Part shown: one piece after another, positions 40,007-53,797 of the stretch
Position numbering within the stretch: position 1 is the stretch's first letter
Layout of the letters: each line of letters begins with the position of its first letter
Assembly (NCBI GenBank): GCA_027604505.1
Contig: JADIIX010000059.1
Span: 1-64,000, forward strand
Reading direction: 5' to 3'
Source of the DNA: Gonapodya sp. JEL0774
Lineage: Eukaryota
Length of the DNA: 64,000 nt
Position numbers and translations under genes: made by a program
The notes under the pieces: model-generated
Seen by the model: the letters and a program-made list of their open reading frames with translations, nothing else
Told to the model about the DNA's origin: nothing
Databases searched by the model: none

Positions 40007-41927
40007 CTAAAGTTTTGCCCCTCCAGATTGCGCAAATGACAAAGCTAAGTCATTTGTCCGTTCAAACGCCTCCGGTGAGGCGGATCTGGCACTCTCAGGA
40101 GATTCAAGACCTGGAGTCTGACCACGTGCCCAAATACCTTGAAGCTGAATGGCAGTTTTGAAGAAGTTCCTGCAATGAAATAAATGGATAAAGTTGGATG
40201 ATCAATCCGTACTTCACAATCATCGAACGGTCCCTGTCCTCACCAGCACATGCAGACATCAAAGTTAGGAATCGGATATGGACGTCCGACTGATCGGCAA
40301 TATCGCTGCATCAACTCGGTAGTGGTTGGAAATCCTTCAGGAAGAGCAGTGGGTCGAGTGTAGTTTCCTGGATGACGGACGAATCAAGGCTTCTCAGCTC
40401 AGATTCATGTGAATCTGAATTTAACTTCGACTCACCGATGATAGTTGCAAGGTCTGACAGCGGATGCCCGATTGTGCTGACGTCCCATAAACAATAAGGA
40501 TCCCATGTGAGAGAACAGGATCAACTTCTGAACCGCTTACCAGTTTTCCCCTGCAGAACGCGGCAATCAGTTAAATAGAGACACACATTTAAAGAAAAGG
40601 TGGGGACTCACAGTCAATCAGCGCGATAACTCGAGGTTCCGTGGGGTGGAAGATCTATGTAAAGCAACAGTGTTGCTCTAATGACTAAAGTTAAACTCAA
40701 ACGTAATTGCCCACCATATTATGAATTCCTGGAAGTCCCAAAGATCAGAACACCATTGGAATCGTAATAAACGCGTTCACAAAAGTGCGTCACCTACCAA
40801 AGTCACCTGTCGAATGGTGTCAAGAGCATTCGCAACTGAAGCCTCATTCACGATCGTACTCACCATGCATAACCGCTATTTCATCCTTAGGAAGATTGCT
40901 ACGCATCCAATGCAGCATTTTGTCGTGTGCTTTGATCGTGTAGTTGGGTGACCCGTCTCGCCCTTTGACTTTGAGGTAGGCCTGCTCCGAGCGAATCCAT
41001 GTGTTGATTTGCCGCTCTAATGAAGCCGAACATAGAATTCAGCGTAATCATCTGGTCTCGGTTGGGAATTCTATTTTGAATTACTCACCGTAGGCATTTC
41101 CCATTTTAGTAAACCCAACCTGTCCGTACAATCCAATTTTTACTGGGTCCGCCTTGTGCAACTTGGCAGCTGTATCCATCACTGACTGATAATCCGTTCT
41201 ATCAAAAACACTGTCGACTCATTCCGGTTTATGCAATGAGACTCACCTCTAGACACTTCACACGATCCGCAGGTGAAAGGTGCTCGAGGAGCGGACGTTC
41301 CTGAAAAACGCGACCTTGCATAAAGTCCATGATCTGAACGGAGCAGGACCGGATTTTCATGAAGAACCGTCATTTCGACAACTGTGACGGCCGCTTTACT
41401 CACAAAGAAAGTGCCACCGATGACAGACTGGTCTTCACAGAGCGCGTATACTCTCGGAACGGGTACATCGGTGTGCGATTGCAAAGCCTTTTTAAAGCAC
41501 GATGTCACCTCCGGATGAGAGGCATTGAATCGTTGTGGGGTACATACATGGATAACTCGGTATTCTCTCTCCACTTGGTGCGCCGTTTCAATCAGCAACT
41601 TCCCAGGCGGCTTACGCTTAATCACATATTTCTTGCCACTGCCTTCGTCGGTGACCTGTACAAATTACATCTCAGTGATCATCGGTAGCTCTCTCTGGAT
41701 AACAAACCTGAAACCCACCAGGTACTTTGGGTTTGACAACCCTTTGCTAAATTGCTTCGCTGTGATAGGACCGACATAGCCCGGAACCACCGTGGACATG
41801 TAGCTGCCCAGACTCTTCAAGTCAACCGGAACGAAGAGCTACCAATTAAATAAGAGGTTCACCATTGCCTGCTGAGAGAGTTGCAGGTACTTTGTTTTAC
41901 CTCATCAATGGTAGCCTGGCCTTCCAT
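40007..41927 (-). CDS. Stand-alone APH-family phosphotransferase (ACAD10/11 kinase-domain-like), many small exons, C-terminal AKL
   Basis: [51 protein letters not shown], spliced [38 protein letters not shown]. Ends QSGGAKL*. Confidence 0.9.
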
Positions 41928-42671
41928 GTCTTGTTTCGGATGTTTCTCTGGAGTGAGAATAATATTTTTGGGCGGCAGTTCGGCTGTGAGCTCACAGTTT
42001 CCGAACACAGCATGCCGGCTTTGGTCGGAAGGAAACACCGAACGAACACACCCACTGCGTCCGGTGAACCGATACTCTGGAAAGACCTTGCAAAAGATAG
42101 CCGGGATCTTGGGAAGCAACACAATTATTTGAGTCATCGGTCCACAGAACCTCCACTTCGATAAGGTAGTGGTGCTGTTTGAAATAAGTCCTATACTAAT
42201 AGTACCAACTTCATGAAAGTTTGATGGCCAGTAGTACGGCTGACCAAGTGCAAGGATGAGGTGCCAAGGGATGGCGAGCTTTCCAAAAATGGACAAAACT
42301 TAAAGAAGAAACAGCAAGCGCTAGATTAATTTGATATGAGAATTCTCCATAACTTAAGAAGCACATGTGCCACTGAGCCGACGTGAAAGAGAGATGACAT
42401 GTGTGGAAGTAGATACAGTCACTTTCCATCTTGCTGGAGGGCCCCCCTTGGTTTTCATAAAGATATAAAATACCAGCGCCCATTACTCAAGCCCATCTCC
42501 TCCCGAATTTCCTCCCCCATTTTCACCTACGCTACCTTGCATCAGGACCGCTCCCCACCGATACATCGTCGCTCTGTGCGCGAGACATTGTGGTTTGCGG
42601 TTCGCTGAGTCCGTCCTCTCCAATCATCCACCCACAAACCGTCGCAGCTTTAACGAATTGGAACACGCAAT

Positions 42672-44246
42672 ATGGCTGCCCTAGCTGCTTGCACTTTTCT
42701 GGCCTCCGCGGCACCCATTGCCGCTGCCTCCGCGTCAACCACCCCTTTCCTTTCCAAACCAAATTCATCTCTCGCCATCCCCTCCTTCCCGTCTCCGGCC
42801 GCCGTTCAATCATGTGTCATGACTCTGTTTTCAGCCTCCTCCTCTTTGACGACTGTTGGCAGTCCTTGCTTCCTTGTCCTTGATTCAACCGGCATACTCC
42901 GATTGACGAGCTACGAAGTAGCATCAATCGTGGCGCCGGTCATCGCCTATTGGAGCTATTGTATGTTCCTCCACTTTGTCGCCCCTGCTCTGCCTTTCCT
43001 GGATCGATACCGCATCAGAACCGACCAGGCTCGGCGACCGCGAAATCGCGTCTCAGTTTCTCATGTTGTTCGTACAGTCATCGTACAACATATTATTCAA
43101 ATGGTGCTTGCTACGATCCTCGCGGTCGCCTCGCATGATCCCGTGGAGGGAGACAGAGTTGAGCACCCAGCGGTGATGGTCGCCAAGATTGGGCTGGGAA
43201 TGGTGGTGATGGATACCTGGGAATACTGGCTTCACAGGTGCGTTCCAAAAGATGTCATTTTGTGTTTGTATTGGGAGCAAACGTGGGCGCGTATTTCAAA
43301 ACGCCGGGAAGCACCTGTGAGAGTCATGATTCCATGTCCGAGACTCAGTTTCCGTCAGAATCTCGAATGAGATTTTAAAGAGAAAACATTCGTGCAAAGA
43401 GCAATGAAGATAAGTTTAAATCCGACCAGAGCGCGCAAAGGTTGTCATTGCGGATTGACACCTCCATTCGAGTGCCTTCATTGAAGTTCAGATCAAGGAA
43501 ATGTGCGACTCGATTTCACACACGCATGACGTCGTCTCACACCCGTTCACATGCCGTTTACTTAAAGGTGGATGCACACCTACCCCTGGCTTTACCGTAA
43601 TTTCCACTCAGTGCACCACCGAATCACGGAGAATTTCTCTTTTGCTGCTCTTTACAACCACCCCATTGGTAAATGTTCCTCCCCATCCTTCAATTTTTCT
43701 CTCATAATGAATCCCGCGCTTTAATGCTCTTCCGTGTTCATGTTTTTATAGAGGGTCTACTTCTGGACTCGGTTGGTGGGGCTGTGTCGAGCCTTGCGAC
43801 CTTCATGAGCCCCCTGACCGCCGCAGTGTTTTACACTGTTGCGACGCTCAAAACCGTGGATGACCACAGTGGTTACAGCTGGCCGTGGGTGGAAGCAGTG
43901 TTCTCCAATAATGCGAGTTATCATGATGTGCATCACTGGGGGATGGGCATTAAGTACAATTTCTCGCAACCGTGAGTATGCGCACTTCTCTCTTCAATCC
44001 CTGCCTCACTCAGAAGCCCGGCTTGCATTTCGTACGGTTTCCATAATGCAGATTCTTCACTTTCTGGGATTTGCTATGTGGCACGGAATTGGTCAGAGAG
44101 GCAGAACCCGTCAAGGATGATGTCAAGCACACCAACGAGCAAGGCTCCAATATTAATTTGTCTGTGTCGTCTGAAGGTGCACGCTTGAGGTCACGCAAGG
44201 CTCCCGCAAGCGTAGGAGAGGGAAGGGATAATGTCGTTTCACAATG
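42672..44246 (+). CDS. SUR2: Sphingolipid C4-hydroxylase (fatty acid hydroxylase superfamily)
   Basis: APVIAYW, DTWEYWLHR|WMH, FHSVHHR, ALYNHP|EGLLLD, KTVDDHSGY, NNASYHDVHH, KYNFSQP|FFTFWD (His boxes). Confidence 0.92.
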
Positions 44247-44465
44247 ATAGGGTTTGTGGTACTTCGTGGTCGCCATACCAGTCTACTTTTTACGATACGA
44301 TTTGAGACTTCACAGCGAAGTTTCAATTATCGTTTTGCTGTATGATTTCAAGCATGATTTTACTGTTCTGCTGCTTTGAGATGTTCTCCGTTTTTGGTGT
44401 GGGGCCTTAAGGGAAGGTGAACATTCCCACGCTTGCACCGAAAACCAATAATCTCGCACCTCACG

Positions 44466-47400
44466 ATGGCTTGTTGCGGTGGCGGGTCCTCTGCCCCGGA
44501 TCCCGGTCCCAAATCCCCGGAGGTTACTCGCCTTGTTGCGACCCAGCCCAAGCCGGTCGCCATCGAGATCGACACCTTTCGTCCGCCACCCGCGCCATCC
44601 AAAAGCCTTGCCTCCCCCCCACTATCCCCGTCTGTTGATGTCCATGTCTCTACACAACCACGGGCGATGCCTTCATTTTCGGATCCTGCGAGATCTCCCC
44701 TCCTTCCCGCATCGTCTCCTCCTCCAACTCGTCCAGCCACTCAGACGCCGATGTCTCCACCCCTCACTCCCAAACTTGATGCACACCGTATTGACGATGT
44801 GGAACTTATGCTGCAATCGATTTCGGCGCCCGTGAAGGTGTCTGGCGCGGTGATAGCCGATAAGGCAACTGCTGCAGCAGGCCCTCCCAGATCACAGTCT
44901 GTAGTTAAGTCACCGGAGCCAAGGAGGGAACCAGAAAAACCGACCGTGGAAGAGGTGGAAATGGAAGACAGGAAACCCGTGGAGCTGCCGCCTATTGACA
45001 TCCCTAATGAACCAGGCCGACCGTTGGATTCGCAGGGGACGTTGAGACTCAGGGAGATCCTGTCCAGAGTATGGGAGCGGTATGTGAAACACGGTTATAA
45101 CGAAACGTAAATTTTGGAACGCTGCGTGTGTATTGAGCTCGATTCTGGTTCTGTGTCGCACGCAGATCGGGCTCCCTCACTGCTGCCGCTGAAAACCTCT
45201 TTGCTAACACTGACCACGCGGCGGTTGTGGCCGAGAGGCTTCGTTCCGCAACAAATCAGCTTGGACGTACAGTTTCGAGCCGTCAAACGTCAGTGACCAT
45301 GGCGGAAGAAGTGAAAAAGTTTGCCAGGTAGAGTATGGCTCTACAATCGGGGTATTGCTCCAGACAACTAAGGTTGTACTGTCATGTTAATGGTGATGTT
45401 CAGGGTCTTCCACGACACTTGTGACTATGTCATAGACCTTTCGGCCAAGTCTCCGCTTGTGCAATTCGCACTCTACAAAGGTGAGTCAATACTTATCGTA
45501 TTTGTGTCGCAACTACCCTCATGTCATCTGAATTCCGTAGCTACTGACAAGATGCTGTCCGCTGCCACCACTCTGAAATATATCGCGCACCCAGCCTTGC
45601 GCGCCATCGAGGCGGAGGCAAAGACAGCTGATATCAACAGCTGGAATGAATTCACTGACATTCTGTTGGTGAGCTTTCACTGCGCACTTAATCGTCTAAG
45701 TCCTCTCATTCAACAGTGTCGTGCGTGTTAGAGTGACTCGGAGTTGATGGGACAGCAACTTGAGGCCCTGAAGGCCGATCTGACATCCATCACAGTGAGT
45801 GCAATGTTGTCGCTACAAAGCATTCATCGATGGAAACTGTTTTGAATTTTTGGCAGACCCAGTCACTAGCAATTATGACCTACACGGCCTCCCCCTTCCC
45901 GCGCGCTGCCGTGTCTCCTGCTGTAGTGGACGCCCTCATGCATCTGAGGTGGGACCGTGTCGTGGAGAAAATGTTTACCGCTGGCTCCGGCAAGATCGGA
46001 GGGGAGCCACCTAGATGGAAAGAACTCTGGGTCAGCGTGGGAAAGGGTGGGTTGTTTCTTGGTGATTCTTCATGGAGGGTGCTTCCTAACGAAGAGGAGA
46101 TTTGTGATGTGGTGCAGCCCTCACGAAGGCAAACCCCTACGCGCTTCTTCCCGGAATCGAACCCCCCGAGCCCATCTCCGGTGACGACATCCCAATGCCC
46201 TACTCCTCCGCATCTATCCCTGCACTGCAGGCGCGCGCCGACAAACTCGCTGCACGAGGGGAGCTTGATGGTGCTCTCGTAGACCGTCTTTCGATTTGGG
46301 CACTCTCCGGCATGGTCAAGAAGGAGTATGACAGGTGGAATGGCATCATTGGTGAAATTGTTGCGAGGAGGATGAGTGCCGGAGTCGAGGAAGGTGAAGC
46401 CCAGGTTGGCGACTTGGAGGCATGGTGGCTGTCGCAAGAAATGGGCATCGGTGAGGCGGTTTTCTGGATGATATGACATTATGACTTCTGGAAATAACCA
46501 GTCTCCTTTCCTGTAGACCTTCCGATAGATATTCCACCCTCGTCTTCGCAAGGCGATGCTCACCTCGGCCGTGCGTTGGACCGCTTCCACGCACAAGATT
46601 ACCCTGAATCGCTGCGCGCTGCTGAGGCCGCCAAGAATGCAGGTGTATCGGAGCGGAACTCTTGGATTTTGACCGAATTGCTGGCGTTTGGTTACGTCAC
46701 TTCCGGTAACCCCGGTGTTGGAGCCGGCTTTTTCGAAAGGGTGAGCACTTGGTCTCCTGATATTTGTTGGTTCAACGTCTGATAGCGCCTCATGTTACAG
46801 CTGGGTACTCCCGAGAACCTCATGAAGGCTGCCATCTGCCAAGCTCGCGAGGGTGATTTCGTGAAAGCTCGGGAACTTGCCGTTTTCGCGTGCGTAACAT
46901 AATGACTGCGACGAATTCGTATCTGCAATTTCGGCTCATTTTAATCATAAAATGAACCAGGCAAACAATTCCATCAGCAGCGTCGAGTGGCCTCGTCTTG
47001 CACCTCCGCACTGTCCTGGGTCTCGTACTTCAGCTGCCCAACACGTTTGCCGGATCTGGTGCCGACCTGTACGAGGATGTGCAGCCTGTCTTTCCCGAGC
47101 TCGTCAACGGAGCTGAGCGATCGTGGAAAGAGGAGGGTGCAGAGGAAGGACACAAGAAGTGTGTTGCTGCATGACCACCACCAAACGTATGCATGGACAA
47201 TTCTGATAGCTTCTTGTCAGGTTCCTTGCACTCGTGACGGACAACCCTGATGACCCCTACCTCTTGTTCCGATATGCACGGTGCATGGTTGCGACTAAAG
47301 TGAGATTAAGATGGACTCTATTGGGAATCAGTATTCTGAAGCTCTTTTTTCCATGTTTCAGGGCTGGCCCAAAACAGTCGAAACCGTGGATCGTTGCTGT

Positions 47401-47932
47401 ACTCTAATGTCACACATGGCCTGGCCATACATCCTGCGTGGTAAGCATCACTTTCAATTCGTTCGTTCGGTGTCCCAGATGCTCACAGGACACCCTGCAG
47501 CTATGGTCAGTCTCGCCGGCGCCGCCGGGTCCGTTCCTTCCAGCGTCCCACCGCAGGCAATACATGCAGCTGAAGAGGCTGTGAGCGTTGGAGAGTTTGA
47601 TGCCGAAGCGTTTTCCGTGCTCGGGGGCCTTTTGTGGAAGGCGAAAGACTGGGATCGTGCTGTGGAGGCGTTTGACAGGGTGAGATTCGGACTTTGATAT
47701 GCATCTGTCCTTGTTTCTCCGTGGTTTTGACTCTTGAATTTGGAAATTGTTGGTACAGTCTTCTGGTCTCTTGCCAGCCTGGCACCCCTTGTTTCCCATC
47801 TACGAATCGACCACTGTCGAGGCTGTTGCGCGAACGCAACTCGCGCAGGTCATTCCTGGACGAGTAGTGCTGGATCTGAGTGTGCCTGGCTTGGAACCAG
47901 TCGGTGCAATTGCTGACGCAGTGAGGTTGTGA
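44466..47932 (+). CDS. Uncharacterised multi-exon protein: N-terminal MACCGGG, Pro-rich region, C-terminal TPR-like helices
   Basis: Consecutive + strand exons with GT-AG boundaries. TPR-like segments include DAEAFSVLGGLLWKAKDWDRAVEAFDR and AWPYILRGKHHF. The full exon chain was not resolved. Confidence 0.6.
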
Positions 47933-48130
47933 TGGAAAGCCTCACTCAAAGACTTTGGACTACTGCTTGGACCGGGGAACTATTTTGATTCTTGACAATA
48001 ACGTTACAGATATTTATTGTTCAGAAACTGAACTATTCATTAACTGGATAGAGAACCCGCATGATGTTGCACTCAAAAGCATGTACTGGTCGTTTATGCC
48101 TAATGGGTTAACGTTGTGCGGTTGGCCAAA

Positions 48131-48982
48131 CTAAACTTGTTTTTCTGGATTCTCAGTGACTCGCCGTGCGAAGGGAGCAAGAAGTATCTCATAACCTGCG
48201 CCATTGTACGGTTTATTTGCACCTTGCAGTTGTAAATGTATCCCCTGCTTTTGCCCCGTGTGAATTGGCTTCCCAACCGGAGGGACGTTCAAGGGAGGGG
48301 GAATGGAGTACACGGGTTCGCCGTTGCCTTGTTTTGAATCCGGAATGGGTAAGATCGAGATTGGTCCATGATCAGGTAGCTTTGGGCCAGGTACCGAGAG
48401 ACCAGGATCTATGGCATCTTCGGGCGGGCTTATTGGCAGAGGTTCATTGCCGATAGGTTCCGGAATGTGCACCCCAGCATCGTGAGGCTTCTTCCCATTT
48501 TCACCTGGCATTCCAATCTCCGGAATGTGCACTACTGGTCCATTGTTTGCGTCTGGGATTGGGCGAGGTATCCCCAAAGGTGGAGGGAACTCCCCGTTTG
48601 GCTGGTTCGGAACCGGAATTGGAAGGTCAGAGATTGGTGGGTGTTGCGGAGTACCGGGAACGGTTGGAGGCAAAATTGGGTCATCTGAGGGGACACCTCC
48701 GATTGGAAGAGGGCCAGGATTCCCTCCCTCGGGAATCTTTGGGGTGGTAGCACCCTCCACGACTTCCAGTGAGTGCATGGATGCTGTCGTAGAATACGCG
48801 ACAAGGGCAAGGGTTCCCACAAGCACGCCGAGAGAGACGGCAATGGACCAGAGAGTGAGGAAAGTAGATTTGGTTCTTATCTTCTTATCTATGACAGAGA
48901 CGGACGGGGTTCGAGAAAGGGACTCGGCTGTTCGACAAGTAGAGTCGCCTGAGTTGTTTGTGAACATCGTATTGGCAGCCAT
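48131..48982 (-). CDS. Proline-rich single-pass (type II) membrane protein, no intron evident
   Basis: 283-aa ORF: basic patch KKIRTK, then TM FLTLWSIAVSLGVLVGTLALVAY, then a Pro/Gly/Ile-rich ectodomain. Confidence 0.65.
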   Translation of the reverse strand: MAANTMFTNNSGDSTCRTAESLSRTPSVSVIDKKIRTKSTFLTLWSIAVSLGVLVGTLALVAYSTTASMHSLEVVEGATTPKIPEGGNPGPLPIGGVPSDDPILPPTVPGTPQHPPISDLPIPVPNQPNGEFPPPLGIPRPIPDANNGPVVHIPEIGMPGENGKKPHDAGVHIPEPIGNEPLPISPPEDAIDPGLSVPGPKLPDHGPISILPIPDSKQGNGEPVYSIPPPLNVPPVGKPIHTGQKQGIHLQLQGANKPYNGAGYEILLAPFARRVTENPEKQV

Positions 48983-49571
48983 GGCTTTGAGAATTGACGA
49001 AGATGTGTTGGAATGATGAGTGTTTGGGGGGCAGCTAGCTTGGCCTGCACTCTTCGCATTTCTCGTGCATTCTTCGCCTTTGATGTCTTCGCCGATTTTC
49101 GCCTGCTTTGGCGTCAGAGTTCAGTTACACAAAGACCAAAAAATCTCTTTCAGCTGCAAAGGCTTTTTGAATTGAGGCCACTTGGCCGTTTGCTCCTGTT
49201 GATTTTGCAAAGCCGCCTGATCAAAGTGGTGGACTCTCTGAGGGACGTTCACTTTGGTGCCTTTCAATGGATGACATGGGGTCTACTGGACGAGTGATTG
49301 GCAAGGAACATCCATTAACTGGATTTGGTGAGAGGGAGTGCTCTTTTCAACTTTGCCCGATCTCATTCGTGTCAACCGAAACCGACCTCCCGCCTTTCAA
49401 CCTCGGGTCTGTTTGTTTCCTATCTGGGCTGCTTGGTTGCATTAAGATCCTGGGATATCACATGGTCCTCTGCAACTGCCCCCATCTGGGGCCGCCCTTC
49501 GAGAACGTGGGAAGACAGGGGAATCATCTCATCGGGGCAATGCTTTGGATGCCCGAATCGGAAGTAATCTA

Positions 49572-52500
49572 ATGCAACTGCCCGTGGACGCCACTGGTGT
49601 GCTTCCTGTTTCGCCTTCCCTTCCGTCACCGGTGGAATCTGTGTCCCCCAATATCTCAGACAATTCGAACACTAAAGAAAACACTGAGAAATTGCCTCAC
49701 CCGCGTGAGCCTGTGATTGTCCCGCGTCAACCCTCCATGCGCCGCCGATCCAACAGTGTCTCCAATGATACCGATCCGTTCCCCCAACCCGTGCCGCCGA
49801 AAGAATTAACAGTCTCTGTCACGCCCCATGCTCCACCTGCAGATGCACTGGGAGGAAGAAAGGTCTTCAATCGACGCGCGCTGTCGACTTCAAGGCCCTC
49901 TTCTCCTGTACCGGCGCAAGAACCAAATTCCTCTGCGCGACTCACTAACCAAACGCCTGTGCGCCTGCCCATAACCCCAGAGCAATCCCCGCTATCTGCC
50001 ACAGATATTATTGACGCATATGCTGATATGGTCTCCCCAGTCAAAGTCATTCAGTCGTCTGCAGAACCAGAAGCCACTAGTGTGAAACAACCCGCGCTCA
50101 AAGAAGAATCACTATCGATCGTGGTGGCAGCACCGGAAGAAAGCAGCCCTTCGATTGTCACCACGGAACCAGTGAGCGTGGGATCGTCAATTGTAGCGAC
50201 GCCCTCCATCCTTCCAACGGATCCAACAAACGAAAGTCAGCCTCCCAACATGCGCCCACTATCCAACGCTTCTCGCAATCCGCCATCGAGTGAAAGTCTT
50301 GTTCTTGTCGAGCAACTTCCGCCTCATCCAGTGGAAGCCATTCTAGGCACCACCTTGACCACCCCACGCGGTAGTCTCCAAGCCAGCGTTTCTCCAAAGC
50401 TTCAACGTCAAACCACTCGCCTGGGCAAGATGGCGACTATCGCCGGGACCATTCGAAGTAGGCTGGGTGGCTCGAGGGCAGCGCTTTCAACTATTCGCTT
50501 CGACAGTTCAAATGTATTCCCAGGATTCTCTCAACAGCCTCTAAAGGACTCGTCGCGAGGATCCTCCACGGGTACATTGAATGAACATGGTGCGGCTTCG
50601 GTGGCACCGGTCAGAGCAGGATCAACAGCCCAACTCGGTCCTGCAGCTTCAGCCGGGGCCAAACCGCAAATTGGCACAATCAAGCGTCCGCTTTCTATAA
50701 TGATGGCCATGAGTCAGAGCGTGGGAAACATGGTTGGTGGCAGTGGAATGCTCGAAAGCCGAGGGAGTTTGATGGATGATGGTAATGGAGACAGCGATGA
50801 TGACAAGGATGGTGAACAGAGTACGTTCTTTTAAATCTGTTGCAATTTGTGCGCTGTCTTTACTCTAAACCTTAACATTCGTCATTGTCTTAGAACAAAC
50901 TGCTGCGACTCGTGCAGAACTACACGCATGGCTAGTGGAACACCTCGGCAACAACTCTCTCCGACTGGACCTCGCCACCGTCACGGACTCAACTCTTCCG
51001 CGGAAGGTCACCCTCACCGCCTGCTTTGGCTCACACGAAGAAGATGTCTCGAGGCTCCTTCAAACGGCGCGTTGGAGAGTACAAGGATACATACCGGGAA
51101 CGTCCGTCCTTCCCAAAGTGCAGGTGATCTCGCCCGACGACGATGGTTTGGGCGAAGGTGCTGAGCCGCCCAGTGATGATGCCTTTGAGTGTATGGAATG
51201 GGTCGCACGATGCTACGAGAAGCGGAAACGTGAGGGAGCGTGGGATGTGAGGAAAGACGGGGACGGTACGCCGGCGGCACAGCCTAAAAAACGTGAGTTA
51301 ATATCGAATGCACCTCGGCGAGCAGCTAGATTGCTGAACGTTGAGCTGCTTACAAACAGTGCTTTCGAGCTCTAAACTTCGCTCAGCCAAGCGTGTGCTT
51401 GACATTTTCGAAGGTGAGGAGAGATGGGTCCACGTTCTCCTACTGCTTTGTTGCTTGAACTCTTCACAATTTCGCAATGGAACAGATGCACCTGGCATGA
51501 GGTTACCTGGTGTTGTGTACGATAGCTCGCCAGATGACCAAGGGCCTCCTTCCATTCCTCAATCGGCAACCATCCAAGGACTCGTGGACGCAGCCATATT
51601 TCCGACGAATCAAGGTAAGCTAGGTGCACTTACGCGTATCAATCTTCACAGTTGGACACGTAGCCCTCTGTTGTTTCTGTAGATGGTTCTTACACCGACA
51701 CTCTGGTGTCCATCTATTACCTCACGACTACTCCACTCAACTTCCTTCTCCATCTTATCTCCTGGTATGCTGTATTTCCACCCGCTGACCCTGCCAACGT
51801 TCCCTTTTACGACAGAATCCGACGACCCGTCCAAAACCGGGCCATTTCTGTGATCGTGCGATGGATCCAACTGCGATTCCTCGATTTTCATCTTGACAAG
51901 CAACTGCTTGATATTCTCGCCAAATGGACTGATTTGTTGGAGAAGGGAGAAGCGTATCCTTACCCCAACTGCTCTCCGATGCCCCCAATGTCGTGTATGG
52001 CTGATGGTCAACGAATCATTCAGTGCATTCGCGAGCAAAGAGTCAAATTTTTTGCATCGACGTACGTACCGGGTGTGGTCGGGCTCTCTGCGGTTGGCAA
52101 AACGCCCGTCGGTGTCACAGACTTGGAGCAAGTCGACGCATCAGTGGATGTGAAAGTTCACAAGAGCAATACCCTTATGAGAGCTTTTGGGTCACGCAAA
52201 CATTTGCAAGAGGGTGCATCCCGAACAGATCTCCGCCAAGGAGCAGAAGCAGCTGGAAAGAATCTCCCTTGGTCGGTCGCCATACCTGCCCAGCAATTCG
52301 CAGAAATGGTGACGATAGTGGAACACGGATTTTTTAGCGCTGTTCGGCCAGAAATTCTTGTCACATTGACGATCGGATTGGTGCGCACCAAGTTTGAGGG
52401 AGTAGGGCGGCCTTTATGCGAGTATCTGATGTGGCAACGACTGGTGAGAACCTGATTACTTGCGAGTTTGAACGAAGCATAGTCACCGCTTGTTACTTCA

Positions 52501-53527
52501 GCTCTCTGCATACACTTCGACATCTATTGTCCTCTCGGAAAATCTCAAACGTCGATCTCATGCTATCAAACGGTTCATCAAAATCGCATGGTTGTGCTTA
52601 TCGCACAACAACTTTGGATCTGCCTTTGCGATACTAGAGGGCCTCCGAAGATCTGCCATCATGAAACTGACTGAGGCATGGAAAATGATACCAACCGTGT
52701 GGATCGGTAGACTGAAGGAGATGGAAGCGATGGTCAACGCGGAAGGATGCTGGAAGGGATATTTTGAAAAGATGCATGAGGGGGTATATCCTGGAGTTCC
52801 TTGTCTCGGTGAGCGTTGCGAATCTGACTGGCTGTGCCAATGCGGACACGGTTTAACACTCACACGTTTGGCAGCGGCCCATGCCCAAAAGATTTGCCAG
52901 ATTCTTTCACAAACACCTACTTCTTCTTCAGACTCCGGTTCTCGTCTCGAGGAAAGTGTTCCTGAGAGTGAGACTTCCTCTCTAAATCGCCCTGCTTCGC
53001 ATCCACTTCCCGCTGGCTCGGATACCACGTTTAATATTCCCAACCTCAATGCTATTGTAGCTCTCCTCACTCACACTCAACTTCTGTCATTGCACAAGTA
53101 CGAACGGGCGGCCTCGAATACACAGCAAGATCCGATGGAACTTTTACGTCATATTCAGTCATCACGTTTATTAGAGGGACCCCCCTTGGAAGATGCAGCT
53201 TCTAAAGCTGCCGACGGGGATCTGCTACTGTCCCGCAAACAAGGAGCTGTCTCAAAGATTGCAAACAGAATTTCTAGAGCAGGAACAGTGGGAGGCACCG
53301 TTCGCAGTGGTGCTGCACTTGGGACCATCGGCCAGAACCCAACCATGGTATCCGTGAAAAGGTCTGCAAGTGCCGCTCGTATCAGTGTGATGGGGTTGAC
53401 TTGGGGAAGGAGTGGAACTGTCGGTCCATTGAGCAGAGCAGGCAGCACGGTGGCGCTTGATGGCGCGGAGGTTAAGGGCAAAGGGCGTCAAGCCAAATCA
53501 GAATATGTCTCGCAGAACGGAAGTTGA
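49572..53527 (+). CDS. Ras guanine nucleotide exchange factor (REM + CDC25 domains); start uncertain
   Basis: REM: ATIQGLVDA...TPLNFLLHL...RAISVIVRWI. CDC25: FAEMVTIVEHGFFSAVRPE, RRSHAIKRFIKIAWLCLSHNNFGSAFAILEGL...LTEAW, PGVPCL. Confidence 0.88.
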
Positions 53528-53797
53528 CAGGGGACCTTGAAAGCAGCAGGATGGACACAAGTTTGATTTGAGACATTGCATATATTTACAAATTTTGCAT
53601 TCAGTATTGATAGTTTTATATACAGCAATACGACTCGTCCTCCTTCCTCCACGCTCGGTGCACTCATGTTACTATAATAACCCATGAATGACAGTGAATT
53701 GTTACATGCTCCGATGCATAACGCGTCGAGCTCAGTTGATGGATCACAGCATTGTCAGAGTGATAGCTTCTTTGTATATGGTAAGGCCTCCACGAAA

